Shown here piece by piece: positions 1-11,902 of a stretch of DNA of 27,917 nucleotides (position 1 is its first letter; each line of letters begins with the position of its first letter). Under the pieces are notes generated by a model. It had not been told where the DNA came from. It did no database searches and saw only the letters and a list, made by a program, of their open reading frames with translations. Made by a program: the position numbers and the translations under genes. The DNA is from Myxococcota bacterium (GTDB lineage Bacteria; Myxococcota_A; Polyangia; Polyangiales; Sandaracinaceae): NCBI GenBank assembly GCA_036149055.1, contig JAYZQJ010000231.1, positions 1 through 27,917 of the forward strand. The letters are read 5' to 3'.

Positions 1-432
1 CGCGCGCCCGAGGCCCGCCCGGAGGCGCCCCGCCGCGCCGCCTTCGGCCTCGCGCGCCGCTCGGCCGCCCGCGAGGTCGCCGAGGCGCGGGTGCGCGAGC
101 GCCGGGTGGGCCGCTCCGAGGCGCCGCCGCCCGAGACGTCCGACGCCCCGCTGACCGCCGACGCGGTGCGCCCGGTGGTCGCGCGTGGGCAGCGCCGCTT
201 CCGCCAGTGCTACGAGCGGGCCGTGCGCCACGCCGGCGCGGCGGTGGACGCCCGGGTCACCGTCACCATGGACATCGCCCCGAGCGGCGCGGTGACCAAC
301 GTCGACGTCGACGGCCCCGACTTCGGCGGCATGGCCGGCTGCCTCCGCAACTCGGCCCGCCGCTTCCAGTTCCCGCCCAGCGCCGCCGGCGGCCAGGTGC
401 CGGTCCCCCTCTCGTTCACCGCGATGCGTTGA
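1..432 (+). CDS. 5'-truncated protein with AgmX/PglI C-terminal (TonB-C-like) domain
   Basis: Frame is open from base 1 to TGA at 430-432; C-terminal pattern RQCYERA...VTVTMDIAPSGAVTNVDV...AGCLRNSARRFQFP...VPVPLSF after a Pro/Ala/Arg-rich linker is typical of the myxobacterial AgmX/PglI C-terminal domain. Confidence 0.75.
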   Translation, partial: RAPEARPEAPRRAAFGLARRSAAREVAEARVRERRVGRSEAPPPETSDAPLTADAVRPVVARGQRRFRQCYERAVRHAGAAVDARVTVTMDIAPSGAVTNVDVDGPDFGGMAGCLRNSARRFQFPPSAAGGQVPVPLSFTAMR

Positions 433-489
433 CGATCGATCCAGCCCGCCGCTGGCCCCCGACCGATCGGTATCGTAACGTGCGCGCCG

Positions 490-1356
490 ATGACGGTCCG
501 GGACCTGGGCTATCGCGCCTACGAGGGGGAGAGGCTCCCAAGCTCTCAGAACACGTGGGTGCTCCTGCGCTACGGGATGTGGCGCATGTGGGGCTCGTGG
601 ATCGTCAAGCTCACGATCCTCGCGGCGCTCGTCTCCGGGCTGATCGCCGCCGCGCTCGTCGCCGCGACCTGGTGGGTGCGCAGCCAGACGGTCGGCGCCG
701 CCGGCGGAGAGCTGCCCCCGCTGCCCGGCGGTGAGATCAGCAGCTTCTTCTTCAACATCCAGGTCTGGCTGTTCGCCACGGTGCTCACGCTCCGCTCCGG
801 CGCGGGCGTCATCGCGGAGGACTTCACCTTCCGCGCCTTCCAGTTCTACTTCGCGAAGCCGGTCACCATCGTGCAGTACCTGGTCGGGCGCGTCTCCGCG
901 CTGACGATCCTGCTGTTCTCGGTGCTCTTCGTGCCGTCGCTCTTCGTCGTGCTGCCCCTGACCGGGATCTCGGCCGAGGAGCACCGCCTCGAGATGGCGG
1001 GGCTGCTGCTCCCGTCGTTCTTCTACTCGCTGATCGCGGCGGTGGCGCTGTCCACCCTGTCGATCGGCGTCAGCGCGATCAGCAAGAGCCGCGCGCTGAC
1101 CATGAGCGCCTGGATCGTGCTGTTCGTGGTGCCGCACGTGCTCGCGCTGCTCGTCGACGCGATCACCGACTGGTCCTGGCTCTACCTGATCTCGATCCCC
1201 GGGATGCTGACGGTGCTGCGCGAGGCGCTGTTCAAGATCACGACCGAGGGCAGCGACGTCGAGTGGTTCCACGCCGGCCCGGTGCTGGGGCTGCTGGTGG
1301 CGGGCGCGGTGGCCTACGCCTGGAATCGCCTGCAGAAGGCGGAGGTGATCACGTGA
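490..1356 (+). CDS. ABC-2 type transporter permease
   Basis: 288 aa, about 6 hydrophobic segments; N-terminal DLGYRAYEG and IAEDFTFRAFQFYFAKPVTIVQYLVGR (ABC-2 permease loop); stop overlaps the ATPase start (GTGA). Confidence 0.85.
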   Translation: MTVRDLGYRAYEGERLPSSQNTWVLLRYGMWRMWGSWIVKLTILAALVSGLIAAALVAATWWVRSQTVGAAGGELPPLPGGEISSFFFNIQVWLFATVLTLRSGAGVIAEDFTFRAFQFYFAKPVTIVQYLVGRVSALTILLFSVLFVPSLFVVLPLTGISAEEHRLEMAGLLLPSFFYSLIAAVALSTLSIGVSAISKSRALTMSAWIVLFVVPHVLALLVDAITDWSWLYLISIPGMLTVLREALFKITTEGSDVEWFHAGPVLGLLVAGAVAYAWNRLQKAEVIT

Positions 1357-2411
1357 GCGAGGAGACCACCGAGGGCGCCTCGATCCGCGCCGTTCGTCTG
1401 AGCAAGTGGTACGGGAAGGTGACCGCGGTCGCCGACGTGTCGCTGCACCTCGGGCCGGGCATCTGGGGCCTGCTCGGGCCCAACGGCTCGGGCAAGACGA
1501 CCTTCATGCGCATGTGCGCCGGCCAGATCCGGCCGAGCGTGGGCAAGCTCCACGTCGGGGGCCTGCCGCCCTTCGGCAACCCGCGGGTGATGGCGCGCCT
1601 CGGCTACTGCCCCGAGGCGGACGCGATGTACGACGAGCTGACCGGGCTCGAGTTCGTCAGCGCGATGGCCGAGCTGAGCGGCTTCCCGCCGGACGTGGCG
1701 ACCAAGCGGGCCAAGGACGCGCTCGAGGAGTTCGGCCTGACCGACGCGATGAACCGCGCGGTCGGCGGCTACAGCCGCGGCATGCGCCAGCGGGCCAAGC
1801 TCGCCCAGGCGATCGTGCACGAGCCGGACGTGCTGCTCCTCGACGAGCCGCTCACCGGGACCGACCCGGCCTCGCGCCAGCAGATCCTCGACGCGCTGCG
1901 GCGGCGGGCGAAGGACGGCGCGCTCGTGCTCTTCTCGACCCACGTGCTGCACGAGATCGAGGCGCTGACCGATCGGCTGCTCCTGATCGCGCGCGGCCAG
2001 GTGGTGGCGCAGGGCGGGATGCAGGAGATCCGCGAGCTGCTCGACGAGCACCCCCACCACGTGCGCGTGCAGTGCGATCGGCCGCGGGACCTGGCGTCGG
2101 CGCTGCTCGCCAACGAGCGCGGCGTGGTCGCCCTGCACTTCCCGGCGGAGGACGTGCTCGAGGTGCACACCTGGCAGCCCGACGAGACCTACGACGCGAT
2201 CGCCAAGCAGGTGGTGGAGGGCGGCTTCCAGCTGCGCTCGATCACCAGCCCGGACGCGACCCTCGAGGCGCTCTTCTACTACCTGGTCGAGCGCGCCAAC
2301 CGCGGCGCCGGGACCGGCGCGGACGCGGGCTCGGGCGGCATGCGCAAGCTCGAGAACAAGGCCGAGAAGGTCGCCTACGAGCAGCAGCTCTCGGCGGGAG
2401 GTGGGCAGTGA
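1353..2411 (+). CDS. ABC transporter ATP-binding protein
   Basis: Walker A GPNGSGKT, signature YSRGM, Walker B LLLDEP, H-loop STH; start placed at GTG 1353 overlapping the upstream TGA (352 aa). Confidence 0.93.
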   Translation: MSEETTEGASIRAVRLSKWYGKVTAVADVSLHLGPGIWGLLGPNGSGKTTFMRMCAGQIRPSVGKLHVGGLPPFGNPRVMARLGYCPEADAMYDELTGLEFVSAMAELSGFPPDVATKRAKDALEEFGLTDAMNRAVGGYSRGMRQRAKLAQAIVHEPDVLLLDEPLTGTDPASRQQILDALRRRAKDGALVLFSTHVLHEIEALTDRLLLIARGQVVAQGGMQEIRELLDEHPHHVRVQCDRPRDLASALLANERGVVALHFPAEDVLEVHTWQPDETYDAIAKQVVEGGFQLRSITSPDATLEALFYYLVERANRGAGTGADAGSGGMRKLENKAEKVAYEQQLSAGGGQ

Positions 2412-3190
2412 ACGCGCCCCCCGGTCTGGTCGGCTCGACCCTCGCCGTCGCGCGGCTCACCGCCAAGCGCGTGCTCCGGGGCCGCAAGCTCCGCGTCGCC
2501 GCGGTGGCCGCCTTCGTGGTGGTGCTCTTCCCGGCGGTCGTCGCGCTGCTCGAGGACGACGCGGTCGCGGCGGAGGTCGTCGAGGGCGGCATCAAGTGGG
2601 GCTTCTTCCGCCTCCTCGTCTTCCTGCTGCCGATCCTCTTCGCCTCCGGCGTGATCGGCGAGGAGGTGGAGGGGCGCACGCTCCACTTCCTGGCGATGCG
2701 ACCGGTGAGCCGCGGGGCGATCGCGCTCGGCAAGCTGCTGGTGGCCGCCGCGGCCTCGCTCGCGGTGATGTGGGCGGCGCTCCTGCTCATGCACCTGGTG
2801 AGCTTCGCCGCGTCGCCGACCCAGATGATCGAGCAGCTCGGCGACACCGCGAGGGCGGGCGGCGCCGCGAGCCTCCTGATCGTGACCTACTGCGGCATCT
2901 GCCTGTTCTGGGGCGCGCTGGTGCCCGAGGCGGGCGGCATGGTCAGCGTCATCTGGCTCGGCTTCGTGGAGCTCTTCCTCGGGCTGATGCCGGGCGCGAT
3001 CCGCTTCGCCTCGATGAACCACTTCGCCAAGGAGCTGGCCGGGATCGAGCGCGGCGGCTTCTTCGCCGAGATCGTGCCCGACGTGGAGCTCTGGATCTGC
3101 GGCCTGGTGGTGGCGGCGGTCGGCCTGCTCTTCAGCTTCTTCGGGGTTCTCTGGGTCCAGCTGAGCGAGTTACGCTTCGGCAAGGCGTGA
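2408..3190 (+). CDS. ABC-2 type transporter permease
   Basis: GTG 2408 overlaps the ATPase stop; IGEEVEGRTLHFLAMRPVSRGAIALGKL is the ABC-2 permease motif; multiple TM segments; 260 aa. The ORF-track start at 1406 is a spurious extension. Confidence 0.88.
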   Translation: MNAPPGLVGSTLAVARLTAKRVLRGRKLRVAAVAAFVVVLFPAVVALLEDDAVAAEVVEGGIKWGFFRLLVFLLPILFASGVIGEEVEGRTLHFLAMRPVSRGAIALGKLLVAAAASLAVMWAALLLMHLVSFAASPTQMIEQLGDTARAGGAASLLIVTYCGICLFWGALVPEAGGMVSVIWLGFVELFLGLMPGAIRFASMNHFAKELAGIERGGFFAEIVPDVELWICGLVVAAVGLLFSFFGVLWVQLSELRFGKA

Positions 3191-3831
3191 GGACCGAGGC
3201 CCACATCAGCGTCGCCAAGGCGGACATCCGGAGCGGGCAGCTCACGCGCCACGCCGCCCGGCGCATGGAGGCCGGGCGCGCCTTCGCGGTGAGCACCGGC
3301 CTCGGCCTCCCGCGCACCTGGAGCCTCGCGACGGCGGCGGCGCTCGACGGCTTCGAGCGGCACCTGAGCGAGAGCGGCGGGGCGCCCGGGCAGGCCCGCC
3401 TCGGCGACGCGGTGAGCGCGGCCCGCAGCGCCCTCGCCGACACCTGCGATCAGCTCGTCGAGCGGCTCCTGCCCGACGCGACCCTGGTCGCGCTGCTCTT
3501 CGACGCCGGCCAGCTGCACGTCATGAGCGTCGGCCCCGGGCGCGTCTACGTGCAGCGCGACGGCCAGCCCAAGCGCCTCACCGCCCGCGACGACGAGGAG
3601 AAGGCCGGCCTGCTCCGCGCGCGCCCGAGCGTGTGCAGCACCGAGGTCTCGCCCGGCGACCTGGTGCTCGCCGGCTCGCTCACCGCGTTCAGCATGAGCT
3701 CGATCGCGAAGGCGATGAGCGTCCTGAGCGAGGACCCGAAGACCCAGCCCGCGGTCCTCGCGAGCCTGCTCACCGAGCCCGCGGCCAAGGCCGGCGTCGG
3801 CGCGGCGGCCGCCGTGGTCCGGGTCCGCTGA
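3187..3831 (+). CDS. PP2C/PPM-fold protein with degenerate catalytic motifs (probable pseudophosphatase)
   Basis: GTG 3187 overlaps the permease stop; 214 aa; ordered motifs AFAVSTGLG, DATLVALLF..LHVMSVGPGRVY, GDLVLAGSLTA, AGVGAAAAVVRVR match the PrpC-type layout (VADGMGG; TTLV..HVGDSRxY; GDxxLLCSDGL; DNITVVVV) but without the acidic metal ligands. Confidence 0.7.
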   Translation: MRTEAHISVAKADIRSGQLTRHAARRMEAGRAFAVSTGLGLPRTWSLATAAALDGFERHLSESGGAPGQARLGDAVSAARSALADTCDQLVERLLPDATLVALLFDAGQLHVMSVGPGRVYVQRDGQPKRLTARDDEEKAGLLRARPSVCSTEVSPGDLVLAGSLTAFSMSSIAKAMSVLSEDPKTQPAVLASLLTEPAAKAGVGAAAAVVRVR

Positions 3832-3867
3832 TCAGCCCCGCTCGATCACGCGCGCCGATCAGCCCCG
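3830..3867. repeat. 11-bp direct repeat GATCAGCCCCG (3830-3840 and 3857-3867), part of a degenerate 27-nt duplication of the fetB 3' end
   Basis: Read directly from sequence; copies are 27 nt apart and in frame on the minus strand. Confidence 0.8.
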
Positions 3868-4656
3868 AACGATGAGCTCCGCCCGTAGCTGATGGTGGGC
3901 GTTGAAGAGGCGTCGGTAGAGCAGCAGGCCGAGCAGCATGCAGCCGAAGCTCGTCGCGCCGGCGAGCATGAACATGATCACGATCTGGTAGCGGACGGCC
4001 ATGAGCGGGTCGGCGCCCTCGAGGATCTGACCGGTCATCATGCCGGGCAGCGAGACGACGCCGACGACCATCATGCTGTTGAGGATCGGGATCATGCCGC
4101 GGCGCACCGCCTCCCGGAGCGGGCCTCGCGCCGCCTCCCAGCGGGTCGCCCCGAAGGCCAGCTCGGTCTCCACCCGGGCCCGCTGCTCGTCGAGGCTCTG
4201 CAGCAGCTCGTCGAGGCAGAGCGACATGCCGGTCAGCCCGTTGCCGAGCACCATGCCGAGCAGCGGCACGACGTACTGCGGGCGCCACCACGGCTCGACG
4301 CCGATCACCACCTCGGTCGTGCCCAGCGTGGTGGCCAGCCCGGTGACCGCGAGCATCGAGAACGCCATCAGGCCCGCGCCTCGCACCTTGCGGGTGGAGC
4401 GCTGCACCGCCGCCCGCGCCGCCGCCGCGATCATGAGGGTCAGGAGCGCGAGCACCACGAAGGGCTCCTCGAGCGCGAAGACCCAGCCCAGCACGTAGCC
4501 CACCAGGAGCAGCTGCCCGACCGTCCTCGCGCTCGCCACCGCGAGCTTGGCCTCGAGCCCGAGCCGCAGCCCGAGCGACACCGCGCCCGCGAGCACCACG
4601 AAGGCCGCGCTCGCCGCGAGGTGCCAGCCGTCGATCGCGATCGCGCCGTCAGGCAT
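3859..4656 (-). CDS. fetB: FetB/YbbM-like (UPF0014) ABC permease, putative iron export
   Basis: ARTVGQLLLVGYVL, PQYVVPLLGMVLGN, LAFGATRWEA, VGVVSLPGMMTGQILEGADPLMAVRYQIVIMF are hallmark UPF0014 motifs. Confidence 0.9.
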   Translation of the reverse strand: MPDGAIAIDGWHLAASAAFVVLAGAVSLGLRLGLEAKLAVASARTVGQLLLVGYVLGWVFALEEPFVVLALLTLMIAAAARAAVQRSTRKVRGAGLMAFSMLAVTGLATTLGTTEVVIGVEPWWRPQYVVPLLGMVLGNGLTGMSLCLDELLQSLDEQRARVETELAFGATRWEAARGPLREAVRRGMIPILNSMMVVGVVSLPGMMTGQILEGADPLMAVRYQIVIMFMLAGATSFGCMLLGLLLYRRLFNAHHQLRAELIVRG

Positions 4657-5266
4657 CTCGAGACAGCTCCACCGGCGTCGCGCCGAGCCGCTCGCGCTGC
4701 GCGCGCTGGTGGCTCACGAGCACGAAGGTCTGCCCCTCGAGCAGCGCCTCGGCCGCGGCCGCGCTCTCCTCGTCCAGCGCCGAGGTCGGCTCGTCGAGCA
4801 GCAGCACGTCGGCGCCGATCCCGAGCGCGCGCACCAGCGCCACCCGCTGCGCCTCCCCCTCGGAGAGCTCGGCGCAGGGCGCGTCCCACTTGGCGCCGAG
4901 GCCCACCCGCTCGAGCCGCGCGCGGGCCGCCGCCTCGTCGAGCCCGCCGGTCGCCGCGGCGTAGGAGAAGGGCCGCGCCAGCTCCTCGCGCACCGCGCCG
5001 CCGAAGAAGACCGGCCGCTGCGCCACCAGCAGCACCCGCCGCCGCCAGCGCGGCGCGCCCATCGAGGCCGGCGTGACCCCGTCGAGGCGCACCTCGCCGG
5101 AGAGCGGATCGTCGAGCCAGGCCAGCGCCCGCAGCAGCGTCGTCTTGCCGACGCCGGAGGGCCCCACGAGCGCGACGCGCGCGCCGGGCTCCAGCCGGAA
5201 GGACACGTCGCGGAGGAGCGGCTCGCCTCCTCGCCCCACCGTCAGGTCGGTCACTTCGAAGGTCAC
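4649..5266 (-). CDS. fetA: FetA/YbbL-like ABC ATP-binding protein
   Basis: Walker A GPSGVGKT, signature LSEGEAQR, Walker B LLLDEPTSALD, VSH; short ATPase overlapping fetB start by 8 nt; start placed at GTG 5266 (205 aa). Confidence 0.82.
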   Translation of the reverse strand: MTFEVTDLTVGRGGEPLLRDVSFRLEPGARVALVGPSGVGKTTLLRALAWLDDPLSGEVRLDGVTPASMGAPRWRRRVLLVAQRPVFFGGAVREELARPFSYAAATGGLDEAAARARLERVGLGAKWDAPCAELSEGEAQRVALVRALGIGADVLLLDEPTSALDEESAAAAEALLEGQTFVLVSHQRAQRERLGATPVELSRDA

Positions 5267-5275
5267 GCGGCACCG

Positions 5276-5298
5276 AACATAGCCGTCCGCGCTATGCT
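5276..5298. promoter_or_regulatory. Putative symmetric bidirectional promoter (two -10-like boxes) between fetA and the GT-C gene
   Basis: Inverted repeat CATAGC(5278-5283)-N7-GCTATG(5291-5296); gives TATGCT on + (5293-5298) and TATGTT on - (5281-5276), each 9 nt before its start codon. Confidence 0.5.
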
Positions 5299-5307
5299 CC
5301 GCCGCCC

Positions 5308-7059
5308 ATGGGAGGCCCACCCCAGCTGGCGGCGCGTCTGCCCCTCTGGCTCGCCGCCGCGGGCGTCGCGCTCGCGCTCGGCTTCACGCTGCATCAGGCC
5401 GTCCAGGTCCGGCTGCACTACTACGACAGCTTCGACTACATGAACGACGCCCGGCGCCTCAACGGCGACGAGAGCGCCGCATACTATCGCGTCCACGCGC
5501 CGCTCGTCCCGGTGCTCGCCCGCCCGGTCGTCGCCTCGATCCTCGACACCGAGGACGCCGGCGATCCCAGCCGCTGGATCCTCCCCCACCTGCTCGGCTG
5601 GGGCATGGCGGCGCTCGCGCTGCTCGCCGCGTGGCTCTGGATGCGGGAGCGCGTCGGCGCGCGCTGGGCGCTGCTCGGCGTCTTGCTCCTCTGCGGCACG
5701 CGCCTCTTCGTCCGCTACGCGCCGTTCCTGCTCGTCGACATCGCCACCGCGGGCTGGGTGGCCCTGTCGTTCTTCGCCTGGGCCCGCGCGACCAGCGCCC
5801 GCGGCGAGCCTCGCCACTGGCTGCTCTTCGGCCTCGCGATCGCGGGCGGCATGCTCACCAAGTACTCGCTCGGCGCCCTCCCCTTCGCCTTCGTCGCGGC
5901 GGAGCTGGTCCGGATCCCGCTCGAGCGCCGGCTCCGGCTGCGTCGCGTCGCGTGGGCGGCGGCCGCGGGGCTGGTCGCGGCGGGCGCGTTCTGGCTCTCC
6001 CTCTCGGCGGTCTTCACCGAGGTCGACGGCGAGCCCTTCACGCTCGAGGCGTTCCGCGAGCTGATCGCCGGCGCGAGCGCGATGGTCGAGCCGATGCCGG
6101 GCGAGACATCGTGGGACTACGGCCCGCTGCTGCTCGCCACCGTGTCGCCGATCACCATCGGCCTCGCCGCCCTCGGCGCCGTCGTCGGGCTGCGACGCGA
6201 CTGGCGGCGCGATCTGCCCGCCCTGCTCTGGCTGCTCGGCTTCGTGGCGCTGATCAGCTTCCGGGTCGGGCACAACGAGGCGCGCTATCTCTGGCCCGCG
6301 CTGCCGCCGCTCGCCTACTTCGCGACCGTCGGCGCCCGCTGGCTCCACCGCGCAGCGCGCAGCTGGATCCGTCACCCGGCCCCCCGCGCGGCGGCCGGCG
6401 TCGCCCTCGCCCTGGCGGCCCTCGTCCCGGGCGTGCGCCAGGCGGCGCGCGACACGCACCCCTTCTTCTACGCGAGCACCCAGCCCGACTTCTTGCGCTT
6501 CGTGCAGGAGGAGACCCGGGCGCCGCGCCGCGCGTTCTGGACCGGTCACTTCGTCGCGCTGACGCCTCCGTCGCCCAACGAAGGCATCGTCGAGGACGAG
6601 TTCATGGACTTCTTCCACCTCTCGCACCCGGCGATCCACCTCTTCACCGACGCGCAGATGCTCGGCGTCGCGACCTCGGATCCGGCGCGCCACCTGCGCC
6701 GCGAGGGGGGCGACGGCGACGTGCTGGTGGTGGGCCCGCCGGGCTTCGTGTTCGCCCACGCCGCGCAGACCGGGCGGCTCGTGCCCCCGGCCACCTTCGA
6801 CGTCTACGCGCGCCGCCGCGTCGCGCTGCGGCGCGAGGGCGACGCCTACGTCGACGACGAGGGAGAGACCTGGCTGCGCTGGCGCGACGGCGCCCTGCTC
6901 GCCGCCCGTGACCTCGGCGAGGCCGACCTGACGATCGACGGCGAGCGCCTCCCGACCCGCGCCCTCGAGGCCGGCGATCGGCTCGCGCGCCCCGCCGCGC
7001 CGACCGCGGTCGACCTGGTCAGCGTCCGCCGCCGCACCTTCCCCGCCTCCTGGCGCTGA
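5308..7059 (+). CDS. GT-C superfamily (ArnT/PMT-like) membrane glycosyltransferase
   Basis: 583 aa; first TM followed by acidic loop YYDSFDY; about 10-11 TM segments; MLTKYS and EARYLWPALP motifs typical of GT-C enzymes; soluble C-terminal domain. Confidence 0.72.
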   Translation: MGGPPQLAARLPLWLAAAGVALALGFTLHQAVQVRLHYYDSFDYMNDARRLNGDESAAYYRVHAPLVPVLARPVVASILDTEDAGDPSRWILPHLLGWGMAALALLAAWLWMRERVGARWALLGVLLLCGTRLFVRYAPFLLVDIATAGWVALSFFAWARATSARGEPRHWLLFGLAIAGGMLTKYSLGALPFAFVAAELVRIPLERRLRLRRVAWAAAAGLVAAGAFWLSLSAVFTEVDGEPFTLEAFRELIAGASAMVEPMPGETSWDYGPLLLATVSPITIGLAALGAVVGLRRDWRRDLPALLWLLGFVALISFRVGHNEARYLWPALPPLAYFATVGARWLHRAARSWIRHPAPRAAAGVALALAALVPGVRQAARDTHPFFYASTQPDFLRFVQEETRAPRRAFWTGHFVALTPPSPNEGIVEDEFMDFFHLSHPAIHLFTDAQMLGVATSDPARHLRREGGDGDVLVVGPPGFVFAHAAQTGRLVPPATFDVYARRRVALRREGDAYVDDEGETWLRWRDGALLAARDLGEADLTIDGERLPTRALEAGDRLARPAAPTAVDLVSVRRRTFPASWR

Positions 7060-10602
<3,543 letters not shown>

Positions 10603-10649
10603 GGACTCTCCCCCACACGGAGTGGCCACACCGCCGGCGTTCCGTGATC

Positions 10650-11882
10650 CTAACGGTGCGCGGAGGTCGTGTCAGATTCGACGCGGGCCGGCGCCGGCGC
10701 CCACGCCTCGGCCTCCGGCGGCAGGATCGAGCGCTCGCGGCTCTCGGTGGACCCGACGAAGGGGAAGAGCTGCTGCTTCAGGAAGCCGAGGGGGATGTAG
10801 TCGCCCACGACCCCGTAGCGGCTCGGCCAGATGCGGTCGGCCTTCACCGCGGTGCCGAAGAGGTGGTCGAGGAAGGCGAAGTGCGCCGCGTAGTTCCGGT
10901 CGATGGCCTCGGTGTCGCGGCTGTGGTGCCAGTGATGGAAGTTGGGGGTGACCAGCACGTAGCGCAGCGGGCCGAGGCGCACGTCGACGTTGCAGTGATT
11001 GAAGACCGCCTGGAACCCGACGATGATCACGTAGGCGTCGATCACGCGCTGCGAGAAGCCGAGCACGAAGATCGGCGCGAGCACCAGGATCCGGGTGAGG
11101 ATCAGCTCGAGGATGTGCTGCCGCGATCCGGCCAGCCAGTCCATGTGCGGCGCGCTGTGGTGCACCGCGTGGAAGCGCCAGAGGAACGGCACCTCGTGGT
11201 ACGCGCGGTGCGTCCAGTACTGCACGAGGTCGGCGACGAGGATGACCAGCAGCACCGCGAGCGGGAACGGCAGGTGCTGGATGAAGCCCTGCACGGTGTC
11301 CGACTGCGCCCAGCCGAGCGTGCCGTGGACCACCCGGTTGGTGATGAGGAGCACGAAGCCGACGACGAGGTGGTTGAAGAAGAAGTGCGTCAGATCGTTC
11401 TGCCACTCGGCGCGGAACACCGGCTGCTCGCGGCGGAGCGGCATCACCTTCTCGATCAGGATGAAGAGGATCGCCGAGCCGAGCAGATCGAGGATGAAGA
11501 AGTCGAGGCCGATGTAGGGCGTCTCGTCGGGGAAGTCGGCGATGGGCGTGTTCGGCCCGCCGAGCACCTGCGCGACGCCGAGCACCGCGAAGATGGACAC
11601 CGCGAGCCAGCGCCGCCGCCCGAGCACGGCGTTCACCAGGGCGATGGCCCCCGCGATCACCATCGCGCCGAACATCACGTAGCGGAGGGTGGTGACGTCG
11701 TAGAGCTGACGGAGCTCGGGGGTCGACGTGTAGGCGGGGAAGCGGAAGGCGATGACGCCCAGGAGCGAGAGCACCGCGAGCCCGAGCCCGATCACGCCCG
11801 AGAGCAGCCCCGAGCCGGGCTTCAGCGCGCCATGGCTCTGGACCAGCTTCCCGAGGTCGTCCACGTCGTCTCCGTCGCTCAT
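10650..11882 (-). CDS. Sterol desaturase / fatty-acid hydroxylase family protein
   Basis: His boxes YWTHRAYH, FHAVHHS, FNH, FHHWHH and RNYA; N-terminal TM extension; ATG 11882 (410 aa). The longer ORF-track version extends over the extensin gene and is spurious. Confidence 0.9.
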   Translation of the reverse strand: MSDGDDVDDLGKLVQSHGALKPGSGLLSGVIGLGLAVLSLLGVIAFRFPAYTSTPELRQLYDVTTLRYVMFGAMVIAGAIALVNAVLGRRRWLAVSIFAVLGVAQVLGGPNTPIADFPDETPYIGLDFFILDLLGSAILFILIEKVMPLRREQPVFRAEWQNDLTHFFFNHLVVGFVLLITNRVVHGTLGWAQSDTVQGFIQHLPFPLAVLLVILVADLVQYWTHRAYHEVPFLWRFHAVHHSAPHMDWLAGSRQHILELILTRILVLAPIFVLGFSQRVIDAYVIIVGFQAVFNHCNVDVRLGPLRYVLVTPNFHHWHHSRDTEAIDRNYAAHFAFLDHLFGTAVKADRIWPSRYGVVGDYIPLGFLKQQLFPFVGSTESRERSILPPEAEAWAPAPARVESDTTSAHR

Positions 11883-11902
11883 GTCGAGAGAGAGTACGGC
11901 GG

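Noticed and set aside
429..481. TTGACG as -35 element for the ABC operon
   Set aside because: It lies 36-41 nt from the TATCGT/TAACGT boxes, far beyond 16-18 nt spacing.
10650..11882. Desaturase as evidence for a sterol biosynthesis cluster
   Set aside because: The family is broad and no squalene epoxidase, oxidosqualene cyclase or other pathway gene is in the window.
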